The notes: a model not told the origin generated them from the sequence alone. A DNA stretch of 64,000 bases from Abditibacteriaceae bacterium (GCA_965277285.1 OZ255721.1:96001-160000), one strand, 5' to 3'. Numbered from the stretch's first letter, positions 41,690-50,957 are shown. A program made the numbers and translations.

Positions 41690-41878
41690 TAAGAATGAAG
41701 TCTCGGGCAACCACAAGGGTTGCCCCTACAAAGCAAATCTACCCGTAGGGGCAACCCTTGTGGTTGCCTTGTTCGGATAGGTTCTTAACTAATAGTGACA
41801 CGAAACTGCGAGTTAAGCCCGTCGCTGACGCTCAGGGTTCGTTGGTATATTCTTGCGTTCAAATCGAGTACTCGATTC

Positions 41879-43216
41879 TTATTCCGTTCCTGTTAAGCGG
41901 CGGATTTCAGCTTCTGTAGGAAGGTTGTCAACACTTTGGCCAGCTTGAAGGTTTTGCGGCAAAGTGATGGCGACGGTGCGCGTGCGTCCGCCCAAAGTCA
42001 CGGTTTTGCGGCGATTGGAAGAAATCGTGCCCGTAGTTTGAAGTTCGTCCATCGCGTCTTGCAGCATTTTGGTCATTGGCGCGTTGCCCAAACGCCGCGT
42101 AATTTCCATCGCCTGATGCAGTTTTTGTTGCGCGGTTTTGGCGTCGCGTTTGGCGCCAATCATGGCGTCGCGCACCAGGCGGTCGGCGTTTTTTTGCTGC
42201 ACATAACCCAGAACTTCGGCGTCCACAGCGGTTGTCGCACTCGCGTCTTCGGTGAAGGAAACCGTCAAATCCTGCGGCGCGATTTCCTGTCTCGGCGCAC
42301 CGGAGGCGTTTTGTCCACTAATCAGAAGTTGTGCCAGGCGTGCGCGACCAACGGGACGCGGCAAGCCTTCGACGACGAACTCCATCACAAAAACCGAATA
42401 ATCGCCGGATGCAATGTTTCCCAAACGCAACGCTTGAGTACTCGAAAGCGCGACATCCGAAAGGCTGGGGTAAACGCGCGTCACGCTTTCCAAACGCACG
42501 CCTTTGACAGCGCGAACTTCCAGTTGCACATCGGTGACGACTTCGCGCGCTGTCAATCGCGCTTCGCTTTGCAAAACGCCGCGCAGCTCTTCAGTCTGGT
42601 TCAAGTGATAAGGCCGACCTTGCGTCGTGTCGGCCAGGTCGCTGAGCAGATTTTCGTTGTAACTGTCTCCAACGCCGACCGCGACAATGGGAATGTTTTG
42701 CGCGCCAAAATGGGGCGCCATTTCGCGGCACAGCGTTTCATCTGAGGTTTCGCCATCAGTCAGAACGAGTACTCGATTGGCGTTGTGCGAGGTGTCTTCG
42801 CGCAGCAATTCGTTCCAGGCGGCGCGCAAGCCTTCGCTCAAGCGCGTGCCGCCGGACGAATGCGTCAAATCGTCCAATGCCGCGCGCGCCAGAGCGCCAT
42901 CGCCAAGTGACGAGAGCGGCAATAAAACGCGCGCCGCATCGCTAAACGCAATAATCGAAACTTTGTCTTCGGCCTGCAGATTTTCGCCGCCCAGCAACGA
43001 ACGCACGGCGGAAACCGCGCTTTCCAATTTGGAAGAGGAACCCACGCGGTCGTCCATCGAACCACTGGAATCAATCACAAAAACAAAAGCGCAAGCGGCG
43101 CGGGCGGATGTTTGCTGAACCTGCGGAATGATTTTCAGCAAGGCGAAGATTTTTTGTGGCGCGGCGGTTGAAGCGGCTAAATACGCGCGATGCGGCTTGA
43201 AGAAAACATGAAGCAT
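41879..43216 (-). CDS. vWA domain protein
   Basis: MIDAS residues DSSGS, GGT and LTDG; VGVGDSYNE. Confidence 0.88.
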   Translation of the reverse strand: MLHVFFKPHRAYLAASTAAPQKIFALLKIIPQVQQTSARAACAFVFVIDSSGSMDDRVGSSSKLESAVSAVRSLLGGENLQAEDKVSIIAFSDAARVLLPLSSLGDGALARAALDDLTHSSGGTRLSEGLRAAWNELLREDTSHNANRVLVLTDGETSDETLCREMAPHFGAQNIPIVAVGVGDSYNENLLSDLADTTQGRPYHLNQTEELRGVLQSEARLTAREVVTDVQLEVRAVKGVRLESVTRVYPSLSDVALSSTQALRLGNIASGDYSVFVMEFVVEGLPRPVGRARLAQLLISGQNASGAPRQEIAPQDLTVSFTEDASATTAVDAEVLGYVQQKNADRLVRDAMIGAKRDAKTAQQKLHQAMEITRRLGNAPMTKMLQDAMDELQTTGTISSNRRKTVTLGGRTRTVAITLPQNLQAGQSVDNLPTEAEIRRLTGTE

Positions 43217-43405
43217 TGGCTCCTATTTTACTGGAAGATCCCGGGCTTGATATGAACCAAAGAACCCTGAGCGTCAGCGACGGGTGAAGCGCATTTCTTG
43301 CATTGAACTGTGAGTTCACCCGTCGCTGACGCTCAGGGTTCTTGGTGACCAATTGCTTGTAAAATGAATGCCGCTTAATTTCCTTTCATCGAGTACTCGA
43401 TTCCC

Positions 43406-44932
43406 ATGACTTCAACCCACAACGACAACAAAATCACGCGCCGCCGCTTTTTGCAAATCGCCGGAGGCACCACGTTTCTCGCTCTAATTCCGCTGACGCG
43501 CGGCTGCTATGCGCTGCCCGCCGATGGCACGCGACGCAACAATCTGCTGTTTACGGCTTTGCCGTACCTTCAGCCGGGCAACAATTCGCGCTTGATCGAC
43601 GGGCACGAAAGCGTTGTCATCGCGTGGCAAACCGAAAACAAAGCCGCGCACTTCCAAGTCGCGTGGGGCGCAAGCGAACATTATGGACAGGGCGCGACGG
43701 TATCGCACAACGCGCGCACGTCCGGAGATCGTGGCGAAATGCGACTGGTTTACAGCGCGACGATTCCCAATTTGAAGTTGGGACGCCGCTATTTTTACGT
43801 CGTGAAATGCGATGGCCAAACGGTTCTCAAAGGTTTCTTCACGACGCGTCAGCCACGCGGTTCGAGTACTCGATTTGTCGCATTTGGCGATAACTCTTAT
43901 GGCGGCGTCAGCGATCACCGCATCGCATATCAGGCGTGGAAAGCGCGCCCCGATTTCGTGATGAATACGGGCGACAACGTTTACGACGCGGGACGCAATT
44001 CCGATTACGAACGCAACTTTTTCCCGATTTACAATTCCGACCAAACCGGCTTGGAAACCGGCGCGCCGCTGCTGCGCTCCGTTCCGTTTTACACGGTTCT
44101 GGGGAACCACGACGTTCCTCACAAGGACGCGGATCATCATCCGCTGGCCGACTTCGACAAAGACCCAGACGCGCTCGCTTTTTACACCGCGATGCACCTT
44201 CCGCTGAACGCGCCGATGCCGCAACATCCGACGCCGACGCAAGGCAGCGCGCACCACGACGAGTTTTTGCGCTGTGCCGCAAGCCGCTTTCCGCGCATGG
44301 CGAACTATTCCTTCGATTACGGCGACGCACACTTTTTGTGCTTGGATTCCAACCTTTATGTCGATCCGACAAATATGGCTTTACAACGCTGGATCGAAGC
44401 CGATCTGCGTTCGACCCGCGCGCTTTGGAAGTTCGTGGCGTGGCATCATCCGGCTTTCAACATCGGCGACGAGCATTATAAAGAGCAGCAAATGCGCGCT
44501 TTGTCGCCACTTTTGGAACGTTGCGGCGTTGACGTTGTATTGCACGGCCACGAACACAACTATCAACGCACGCGGCCTTTGCGTTTCGCGCCCTCGAATC
44601 TGGAAAAAGCGCGCAAAATCGGCGTCGGTGATCGTCGCACGCCGGGCACATTCCACGTTGACCGCGCCTTTGACGGACACCAAAACACGCGTCCCAACGG
44701 CATCATTTACATCGTGACGGGCGCGGGCGGCAACAACCTGTACGATCCTGAAATCAACGACAATCCGCGCCACTGGAAACACGAAGACGACAACAATGTC
44801 GAATATATGGCGCGCGCCGTTTCAGATCGCCATTCGCTGTCAGTTTTTGAGATCCGAGGCAAAACGCTTTACATGGCGCAAATCGACGAATGGGGCAAAA
44901 CGATTGATAGAATCACAGTGACCAAAGCCTGA
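43406..44932 (+). CDS. Tat-exported purple acid phosphatase-like metallophosphoesterase
   Basis: TRRRFL Tat signal; FGD, TGDNVY, GNHD, HHP, GHEH, TGAGG. Confidence 0.9.
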   Translation: MTSTHNDNKITRRRFLQIAGGTTFLALIPLTRGCYALPADGTRRNNLLFTALPYLQPGNNSRLIDGHESVVIAWQTENKAAHFQVAWGASEHYGQGATVSHNARTSGDRGEMRLVYSATIPNLKLGRRYFYVVKCDGQTVLKGFFTTRQPRGSSTRFVAFGDNSYGGVSDHRIAYQAWKARPDFVMNTGDNVYDAGRNSDYERNFFPIYNSDQTGLETGAPLLRSVPFYTVLGNHDVPHKDADHHPLADFDKDPDALAFYTAMHLPLNAPMPQHPTPTQGSAHHDEFLRCAASRFPRMANYSFDYGDAHFLCLDSNLYVDPTNMALQRWIEADLRSTRALWKFVAWHHPAFNIGDEHYKEQQMRALSPLLERCGVDVVLHGHEHNYQRTRPLRFAPSNLEKARKIGVGDRRTPGTFHVDRAFDGHQNTRPNGIIYIVTGAGGNNLYDPEINDNPRHWKHEDDNNVEYMARAVSDRHSLSVFEIRGKTLYMAQIDEWGKTIDRITVTKA

Positions 44933-44976
44933 TTCGAGTACTCGAATCAGCCAACAAATCGCGTCATAATTGATGT

Positions 44977-45162
44977 GTGAAAGTCAAGGAAATTATTGAC
45001 ATTGTTCAAAAAGATGGCTGGTATCTGGTGCGCACGACCGGCAGCCATCGGCAATTTCATCATGCCACAAAATCTGGAACGGTGACGGTGGCGGGAAAGC
45101 GAAGCCAAGATTTGGCGGTTGGAACTGCCAACAACATTTTGAAACAAGCGGGTTTGAGATAA
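44977..45162 (+). CDS. hicA: HicA family toxin
   Basis: DGWYLVRTTGSHRQFHH...VTV...GTANNILKQAGL. Confidence 0.92.
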   Translation: MKVKEIIDIVQKDGWYLVRTTGSHRQFHHATKSGTVTVAGKRSQDLAVGTANNILKQAGLR

Positions 45163-45174
45163 TCGGAGACAAAA

Positions 45175-45384
45175 ATGCAATACACAATTATCATCGAGAA
45201 AACCGGCAATGGTTATAGCGCCTACGCGCCCGACTTATTGGGCTGCATTGCGGCAGCGGAAACGCGTGAAGAGACCAGCCAGTTGATGCACGAAGCGATT
45301 GAACTTCATCTGGAAGATATGCGCGCGACCGGCCAGACAATTCCGCAGCCGACGACTTTTAGCGAATTGGTCGAAGTCGCCTGA
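45175..45384 (+). CDS. hicB: HicB family antitoxin (short form)
   Basis: YSAYAPDLLGCIAAAETREE...EAIELHLE...IPQP; GGAG RBS. Confidence 0.92.
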   Translation: MQYTIIIEKTGNGYSAYAPDLLGCIAAAETREETSQLMHEAIELHLEDMRATGQTIPQPTTFSELVEVA

Positions 45385-45407
45385 TTTCGAGTACTCGAAA
45401 CAAACTC

Positions 45408-45917
45408 ATGGGAATGAATTCCATTGTTAGCGGTTACATTGAAGTAACAGATCGGAAGAAAGATTGGCGTTATAACAGGCGCGTCATCGAACATTTTCCT
45501 TTCGATGATGTTTATCCTTTCACCAACATATTTTGGTTCGATTCGCCTGCGCGGTACTTTCTTCCGTTGATTGGTTTCGTCGGCTCTTACAAGCAAATTG
45601 ACGAAGATTGGCCGGAATGGATGTGGAAGCTTTCAACTTTGCTTTCTCGATTGATTGCTGTGAGTGCAACAGTGCGTTTGGAATGTATTATGGGCGAGTA
45701 TTTCTGGGATTTAGAACCCGAAAGTTACACAATTTCTTCTGTGGGTGAAAACTGGGACATCATAAACGCATCAGAGAACGATTTCCTCCTTCACGCCGAT
45801 TACATGGCTGCATGGGAAGCAGATCAAAAACGGCGTGGCAATGTTTTGGAAGGTTGGCAACCTCCGAAACGTTCTGTTCCCCACTGGAGACGCGGTTTAG
45901 AAGACTCGCGCAGTTGA
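45408..45917 (+). CDS. Hypothetical protein
   Basis: 169-aa ORF with lower GC; no recognised motif. Confidence 0.6.
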   Translation: MGMNSIVSGYIEVTDRKKDWRYNRRVIEHFPFDDVYPFTNIFWFDSPARYFLPLIGFVGSYKQIDEDWPEWMWKLSTLLSRLIAVSATVRLECIMGEYFWDLEPESYTISSVGENWDIINASENDFLLHADYMAAWEADQKRRGNVLEGWQPPKRSVPHWRRGLEDSRS

Positions 45918-45921
45918 AACC

Positions 45922-45950
45922 TTGCAACGAGGAAAACTCGCTGCTATAAT
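45922..45950 (+). promoter_or_regulatory. Sigma70-type promoter for rpsL-rpsG
   Basis: TTGCAA-17 bp-TATAAT with extended -10 TG. Confidence 0.65.
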
Positions 45951-46083
45951 AGTCATGCTCTTCGCACGACAGGCGCGTTTTGCGCCACGCGAAGGGCTTT
46001 TATATGCCGGTTGGTCGGGCGCATAAATCCTTAAAAACGTTTGAACCCATACAGTTTTCGTTTGTAAAAGTCAGGAGTGTTTG

Positions 46084-46530
46084 ATGCCGACAATTTCGCA
46101 GTTGATTCGTAAAGGCCGCAAGCCCGCGCCCAAGAAAAATAGCACGAGCGCTTTCAAAGAAGCCTACAACACCGTCAAAGGCGTTTCGACGCCCGATTAC
46201 GTGGCGCCCTTGATGCGCGGCGTTTGCTTGCAGGTCAAAACCGACAAGCCGAAAAAGCCGAACTCGGCGCTGCGTGCCAAGGCGCGCATTCGCTTGTCGA
46301 ACAAGAAAGAAATCACCGCCTACATCCCGGGCGAAAAGCACAACCTGCAAGAGCACAGCGTCGTTTTGGTGCGCGGCGGTCGTGTCAAAGATATGCCGGG
46401 CATCAAGTATAAGGTCGTGCGTGGCGCTCTGGATTGCTCCGGTGTCGCCGACCGCAAGCGCAGCCGCTCGAAATACGGCACCAAGAAGCCCAAGGCCGGC
46501 GCCGCAGCCGCGCCCGCCAAAAAGAAATAA
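46084..46530 (+). CDS. rpsL: 30S ribosomal protein S12
   Basis: [46 protein letters not shown]. Confidence 0.97.
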   Translation: MPTISQLIRKGRKPAPKKNSTSAFKEAYNTVKGVSTPDYVAPLMRGVCLQVKTDKPKKPNSALRAKARIRLSNKKEITAYIPGEKHNLQEHSVVLVRGGRVKDMPGIKYKVVRGALDCSGVADRKRSRSKYGTKKPKAGAAAAPAKKK

Positions 46531-46593
46531 GAGACGAACCCCAGTTATCGAGTACTCGATAGCTGGGGTTAACAGTTTGAACGGAGTGAATCA

Positions 46594-47064
46594 ATGAGTC
46601 GCAAAGGCCCACAGAAAAAGACCATGACACCGGGCGATCCGGTTTTCAATTCGATGTTGGTGCAGCGTTTCATCAACCAGATGATGTATGACGGCAAGAA
46701 GTCGAAAGCCGAAGCCATCTTCTACGGCGCGCTGTCGCAGATCGAAGAAAAAAGCGGGCGCAATCCGCTGGAAGTTTTCGCATTGGCGATCAAGAACATC
46801 GCGCCCGCCGTTGAAGTGCGCGCGCGTCGCGTCGGCGGACAAAGCTATCAGGTTCCCAGCGAAGTGCGTCCCGAGCGCAAGATGACGCTGGCGATTCGCT
46901 GGACGTTGCAGAACACGCGCAAGCGCAGCGAAAAAACGATGCAGGACAAACTCGCCTCGGAATTGATGGACGCGTCGCGCGGTTCGGGCGGCTCGGTCAA
47001 AAAGAAAGAAGACACGCACCGCATGGCCGAATCTAATAAAATGTTCGCGCACTATCGCTGGTAA
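46594..47064 (+). CDS. rpsG: 30S ribosomal protein S7
   Basis: DGKKSKAE, RRVGGQSYQVP, KKKEDTHRMAESNKMFAHYRW. Confidence 0.97.
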   Translation: MSRKGPQKKTMTPGDPVFNSMLVQRFINQMMYDGKKSKAEAIFYGALSQIEEKSGRNPLEVFALAIKNIAPAVEVRARRVGGQSYQVPSEVRPERKMTLAIRWTLQNTRKRSEKTMQDKLASELMDASRGSGGSVKKKEDTHRMAESNKMFAHYRW

Positions 47065-47095
47065 ATCCGCCGACACAGTACCGAGTACTCGATAC

Positions 47096-47136
47096 ACGAA
47101 AAAGCCCGCAACAATGAATGTTGTGGGCTTTTTCGT
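47096..47136. terminator. Bidirectional intrinsic terminator after rpsG
   Basis: ACGAAAAAGCCCGCAACA-loop-TGTTGTGGGCTTTTTCGT between convergent genes. Confidence 0.8.
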
Positions 47137-47139
47137 CCA

Positions 47140-47817
47140 TCACTTCGTGGTTCGCGTTGTTTCGTAGGACGTTAACATCTGAATTGTTTCGCGCACGATT
47201 TGGTCGCATTCGTCGCGCTCTTTGTCGTCGGTGACATAAAAGTCGCAGCCCTGCGAATTGTCGAAACCGCGCGCTTTGGAAAGGGCGATGTCGCCGAAGA
47301 AAAAATCGGGCAAAACGCGCAGGGATTTCTTCAACTGGTTATATTTTTCGATCTGCGCTTTTTCGGCTACGTTGCTTGGCAGAAAATAATCATATTTGTG
47401 CGAGATTCGCTGTTTTGAGAGCGATACATAAAGCGTCTGTAAATGTTGTTCTATTGCCTCGTTATCCGCTTTTAACCGTTTGTAGTCGGCGGATGAGACG
47501 AAAGAAACAACGCGAAACGTGATCTCGAATTGTTGCGGTGTCGGCGCGTTAGGAGCGTCGGGCATATTAGGCCAGGTTGTTTCCATCAACACCGGTTTGA
47601 GACGCGTCACTTTGAGCCATTGATACTGTGGCTCATAAGTCGCTTTCCAGCCTGCAGGAAGTTGCGCTCGAATTTTTGTCATCAAAAGCTGAACTGTGCG
47701 CGTCTGTTTTTGCGATGTCAAAGCTGACGATGGACTTTTTGGACCCGCGAACGCCGATTTTGGCGAGACGATGAACAACGAAGCGACGATAAAAGAAATG
47801 GCAACTTGACGTTTCAT
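47140..47817 (-). CDS. Hypothetical secreted protein
   Basis: Signal peptide MKRQVAISFIVASLFIVSPKSAFA. Confidence 0.65.
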   Translation of the reverse strand: MKRQVAISFIVASLFIVSPKSAFAGPKSPSSALTSQKQTRTVQLLMTKIRAQLPAGWKATYEPQYQWLKVTRLKPVLMETTWPNMPDAPNAPTPQQFEITFRVVSFVSSADYKRLKADNEAIEQHLQTLYVSLSKQRISHKYDYFLPSNVAEKAQIEKYNQLKKSLRVLPDFFFGDIALSKARGFDNSQGCDFYVTDDKERDECDQIVRETIQMLTSYETTRTTK

Positions 47818-47907
47818 AACGCGATTGTAACTTAAATTGACTACTCGATATACCAGAAGCGGCGCGAACTTCAAATGTTCGCGCCGCTTTCTTATTGTTA
47901 TCGGCTT

Positions 47908-48942
47908 TTATTTGGCGTCGACGACAAAGCCTTTCAAGTCCATCTTTTTCTTGGCTAAGCCAACCTGAAAAACCAGATCGGCGAAGCGTTGTAAATCGGC
48001 TTCTTTGGCGTCGGTCGTGAAGTGAATCGTCGCAAACGCTTTTTTGGCGATGTCGGGCGACAAGGTTTTCTTCGAGACTTTGCTCCACGCCGCGAGAACG
48101 CGATCATCGCCTTTTTGTGGGTCTTTGTTCAAGTCGTCGGTGATGATGTTGTTGGCCGCGATGAACTTCTTGATGAAATCGGGATGCGCCTGCGCGAACG
48201 CTTTGGTCGTGTAAATCGAACCCGCCAGATAATTGCCGTTGTCCAGCATCGCTTTCCAATCGACTAAAGGACGCGCCTTCGCCTTGACTTCGGCCTGCGA
48301 CGGCCAGGGCGCCGGAGCCGCGACCGCATCGGCATCGCCGCTCGTGAGAGCTTCGGCTTGCTGCGCCGGATCAATGGCGATAATTTTGACATCTTTGTCG
48401 GGAACCAGGTTGGCTTTGAGCAAGTTGTAGCGCACCAGAGCATCAACCGTCGAACCCAGTTGATTGACGCCGACGATTTTGCCTTTCAAATCGGCCACTG
48501 TTTTGATCGGCGAATCGCCCTTCACGCTGAGTTCCGTTCCGCCTGTCGCGCCGCCGCCAAGCAGCACAATATCGCCGTCTTTGGCATACGCTTTCATCGG
48601 CGGAAAAACGCCCGAGCAACCGATTTGCACGACGCCCGAACGCAAGGCTTCGATCACATCGGGGCCAGCTTTGAAAACTTGTCCGCTAAACGTGACGCCC
48701 GGAACGTTCTTCGCGTAAGCGCCTTCGCCCAGACCAATCAGCGGCTGCGGCTGCACAATCGCCGGATTGTAGCCGATAGCTACGCTTGTCACATCGCCGC
48801 CATTTCCAGTACTCGATGAGGTATTTGTCGTTGCTCCACCAGCGCTGTTATCTGGTGCGCCGCCGTTGTTGCCGCCGCATCCGGCCAAAACCAGGACGCC
48901 AAACAACGCTGTACTCCAGCCAAAAAACTGGGGCTTCTTCAT
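47908..48942 (-). CDS. SsuA/TauA/NitT-family ABC substrate-binding lipoprotein
   Basis: Lipobox LAGC; FKAGP, DLKGK, PWPS. Confidence 0.88.
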   Translation of the reverse strand: MKKPQFFGWSTALFGVLVLAGCGGNNGGAPDNSAGGATTNTSSSTGNGGDVTSVAIGYNPAIVQPQPLIGLGEGAYAKNVPGVTFSGQVFKAGPDVIEALRSGVVQIGCSGVFPPMKAYAKDGDIVLLGGGATGGTELSVKGDSPIKTVADLKGKIVGVNQLGSTVDALVRYNLLKANLVPDKDVKIIAIDPAQQAEALTSGDADAVAAPAPWPSQAEVKAKARPLVDWKAMLDNGNYLAGSIYTTKAFAQAHPDFIKKFIAANNIITDDLNKDPQKGDDRVLAAWSKVSKKTLSPDIAKKAFATIHFTTDAKEADLQRFADLVFQVGLAKKKMDLKGFVVDAK

Positions 48943-48992
48943 TCTCTCTCCTTAAACTGAACGACTAAAAATTGGAATTTGTGACGATAAAA

Positions 48993-50162
48993 CTACGACG
49001 CATTCAAGCCCCACAGCGTGCGCAGGCGGCGTTCGACGGGCGCGAAGATCAAGGCTTGCGTTCCCAGTCCGATGACGATGATGACCAGAATTGTTGAAAT
49101 AACACCTTCCATGTCGCCATTGGCGCGGTCGTTGTCCAGTAATTGCCCCAGGCTGACCGTGCTGACGATCAGCTCCGCCGCCATCAGCGAGCGCCATGCG
49201 AACGACCACGCGACTTTCAAACCCGTGACAATGCCCGGCAAAGCCGACGGCAACAACACGCTGAAATAAAGTCGCAGGCCGCCCGCGCCAAGCGTTCGTC
49301 CGGCGCGCGACATCAGCGGCGGAACCTGGCGAATGCCGTCTGCAACTGCAATCACAGTGGCGAACAAAGCGCCCATAATCGTGACGAACAAAATCGGCCA
49401 TTCGCCGAAGCGTCCCATCCACAGCATCGCCAGAGGAACCCAGCAAATCGATGGCAGCGATTGCAGCGAAACCGACATCCATCCCAGTGTTTTATCGGCC
49501 AGTCGAAAGCGCGCCACGATCAAACCCAGCGGAAAACCAAACGCGACCGCAATGCCGTAGCCTTCCAGCAAGCGCCTCATGCTGCCCCAAATCGCGGGCG
49601 GATAACTCGCCTGACGCATCGCCTGCCACAACGAATGCGGCATCGTATCACCGGGCGCGGGCTGAAAACTGTGTGTCAAATACGACAAACCGAAGCCGTT
49701 CCACAGCCACAATCCGACTTCCGCCGGAGAACGAAACAGCGCAGGCGACCAGCGTCCAGTCTTGGACACCAGATACCAGTGCGCGACTTGCCACGCCACG
49801 AGCAACGCCAGAACAAAAGCCGCGCGCGTGAAAAAATCGCCCCAGGCGGCGCGTCTTGCCTGCGCTTTGCTACTTTTTGACGCCTTTCGAGTACTCGATT
49901 GAGTCGCTGGCGCGCCCGCCAAATGCGACGCTGTGGCGGATGACAAAGCGGCGGCGTCTTTGTGCGACGAAACCTCTTCTAACGCGGAACTTTCTGACGC
50001 AGATTCGGGCGCGGAAGCGGGTTCCGACGCGACAGCTTCGTCCGCGTATGGGCTGCCAATGCGGATAACTTTGGGTTGGTGCGACGAGCGCGTTTTAAGC
50101 GGCACGCGTGCTTCCGGGAATCTCTCGGTCATATTCTTCAGCCTCGACTTTTGCGACTTCAT
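48993..50162 (-). CDS. SsuC/TauC-family ABC permease
   Basis: LQSLPSICWVP, LPSALP, WRSLMAAEL. Confidence 0.88.
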   Translation of the reverse strand: MKSQKSRLKNMTERFPEARVPLKTRSSHQPKVIRIGSPYADEAVASEPASAPESASESSALEEVSSHKDAAALSSATASHLAGAPATQSSTRKASKSSKAQARRAAWGDFFTRAAFVLALLVAWQVAHWYLVSKTGRWSPALFRSPAEVGLWLWNGFGLSYLTHSFQPAPGDTMPHSLWQAMRQASYPPAIWGSMRRLLEGYGIAVAFGFPLGLIVARFRLADKTLGWMSVSLQSLPSICWVPLAMLWMGRFGEWPILFVTIMGALFATVIAVADGIRQVPPLMSRAGRTLGAGGLRLYFSVLLPSALPGIVTGLKVAWSFAWRSLMAAELIVSTVSLGQLLDNDRANGDMEGVISTILVIIVIGLGTQALIFAPVERRLRTLWGLNAS

Positions 50163-50901
50163 CGCGCAACGATGCGCTAATTCTCGAAACCGCTTCGGCG
50201 ACCAAAGTTTCGGTCGTGCGACGCGGATACTCCAAATCTTCCAACGAGTACTCGACTTTGATGCGTCCTGGACGCGACGTAAACACGACCACGCGGGTCG
50301 CCAATGTCACAGCTTCGCGCACATTATGCGTCACAAAGACGACGGTTTTACGCGTTTCCTGCCAGATGTTGTGCAACTCGATGTGCAAGTGATCGCGCGT
50401 TTGCGCGTCTAATGCAGCGAACGGTTCGTCCATCAATAACACTTTCGGATCGACCGCCAGCGCGCGCGCCAGTGCGACGCGTTGCCTCATGCCGCCGGAA
50501 AGTTCGTGCGGCTGCGCGTCCGCGAACTGCCACAAATGAACCATCTTCAAGAACCGCTCGACCGTCGCCTCGCGCTCTTCTTTCGATTTGCGCAAACTTT
50601 TTAGGCCAAACGCGACGTTGTGACGCACGTTCATCCACGGAAAAAGCGCCGCTTCCTGAAACATCATCGCGCGCTCAATCGAAGGGCCGTTAACCGGCAC
50701 ACCGTCCAAAGTGACGCGCCCGCTCGTCGGTTTATCGAAGCCCGCCAGCATATTGCACAACGTCGATTTGCCGCAGCCCGAAGGCCCGACAAAACACACG
50801 AACTCGCCTTCTTCGATGCGCAAATTAATGCCGTCCAGCGCCGTTGTCAGGCCGGAGCGACCATTGAATTGTTTGCGTACATCGTCAAAAAGAATTTCCA
50901 T
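50095..50901 (-). CDS. SsuB/TauB-family ABC ATP-binding protein
   Basis: GPSGCGKST, LSGGMRQR, DEPFAALD. Confidence 0.92.
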   Translation of the reverse strand: MEILFDDVRKQFNGRSGLTTALDGINLRIEEGEFVCFVGPSGCGKSTLCNMLAGFDKPTSGRVTLDGVPVNGPSIERAMMFQEAALFPWMNVRHNVAFGLKSLRKSKEEREATVERFLKMVHLWQFADAQPHELSGGMRQRVALARALAVDPKVLLMDEPFAALDAQTRDHLHIELHNIWQETRKTVVFVTHNVREAVTLATRVVVFTSRPGRIKVEYSLEDLEYPRRTTETLVAEAVSRISASLRDEVAKVEAEEYDREIPGSTRAA

Positions 50902-50957
50902 GAGCGGGCGGCGAAAGAGTCAAGAGAGGAAAGTTGAGCGGACAGGCGCAAAAAAGT

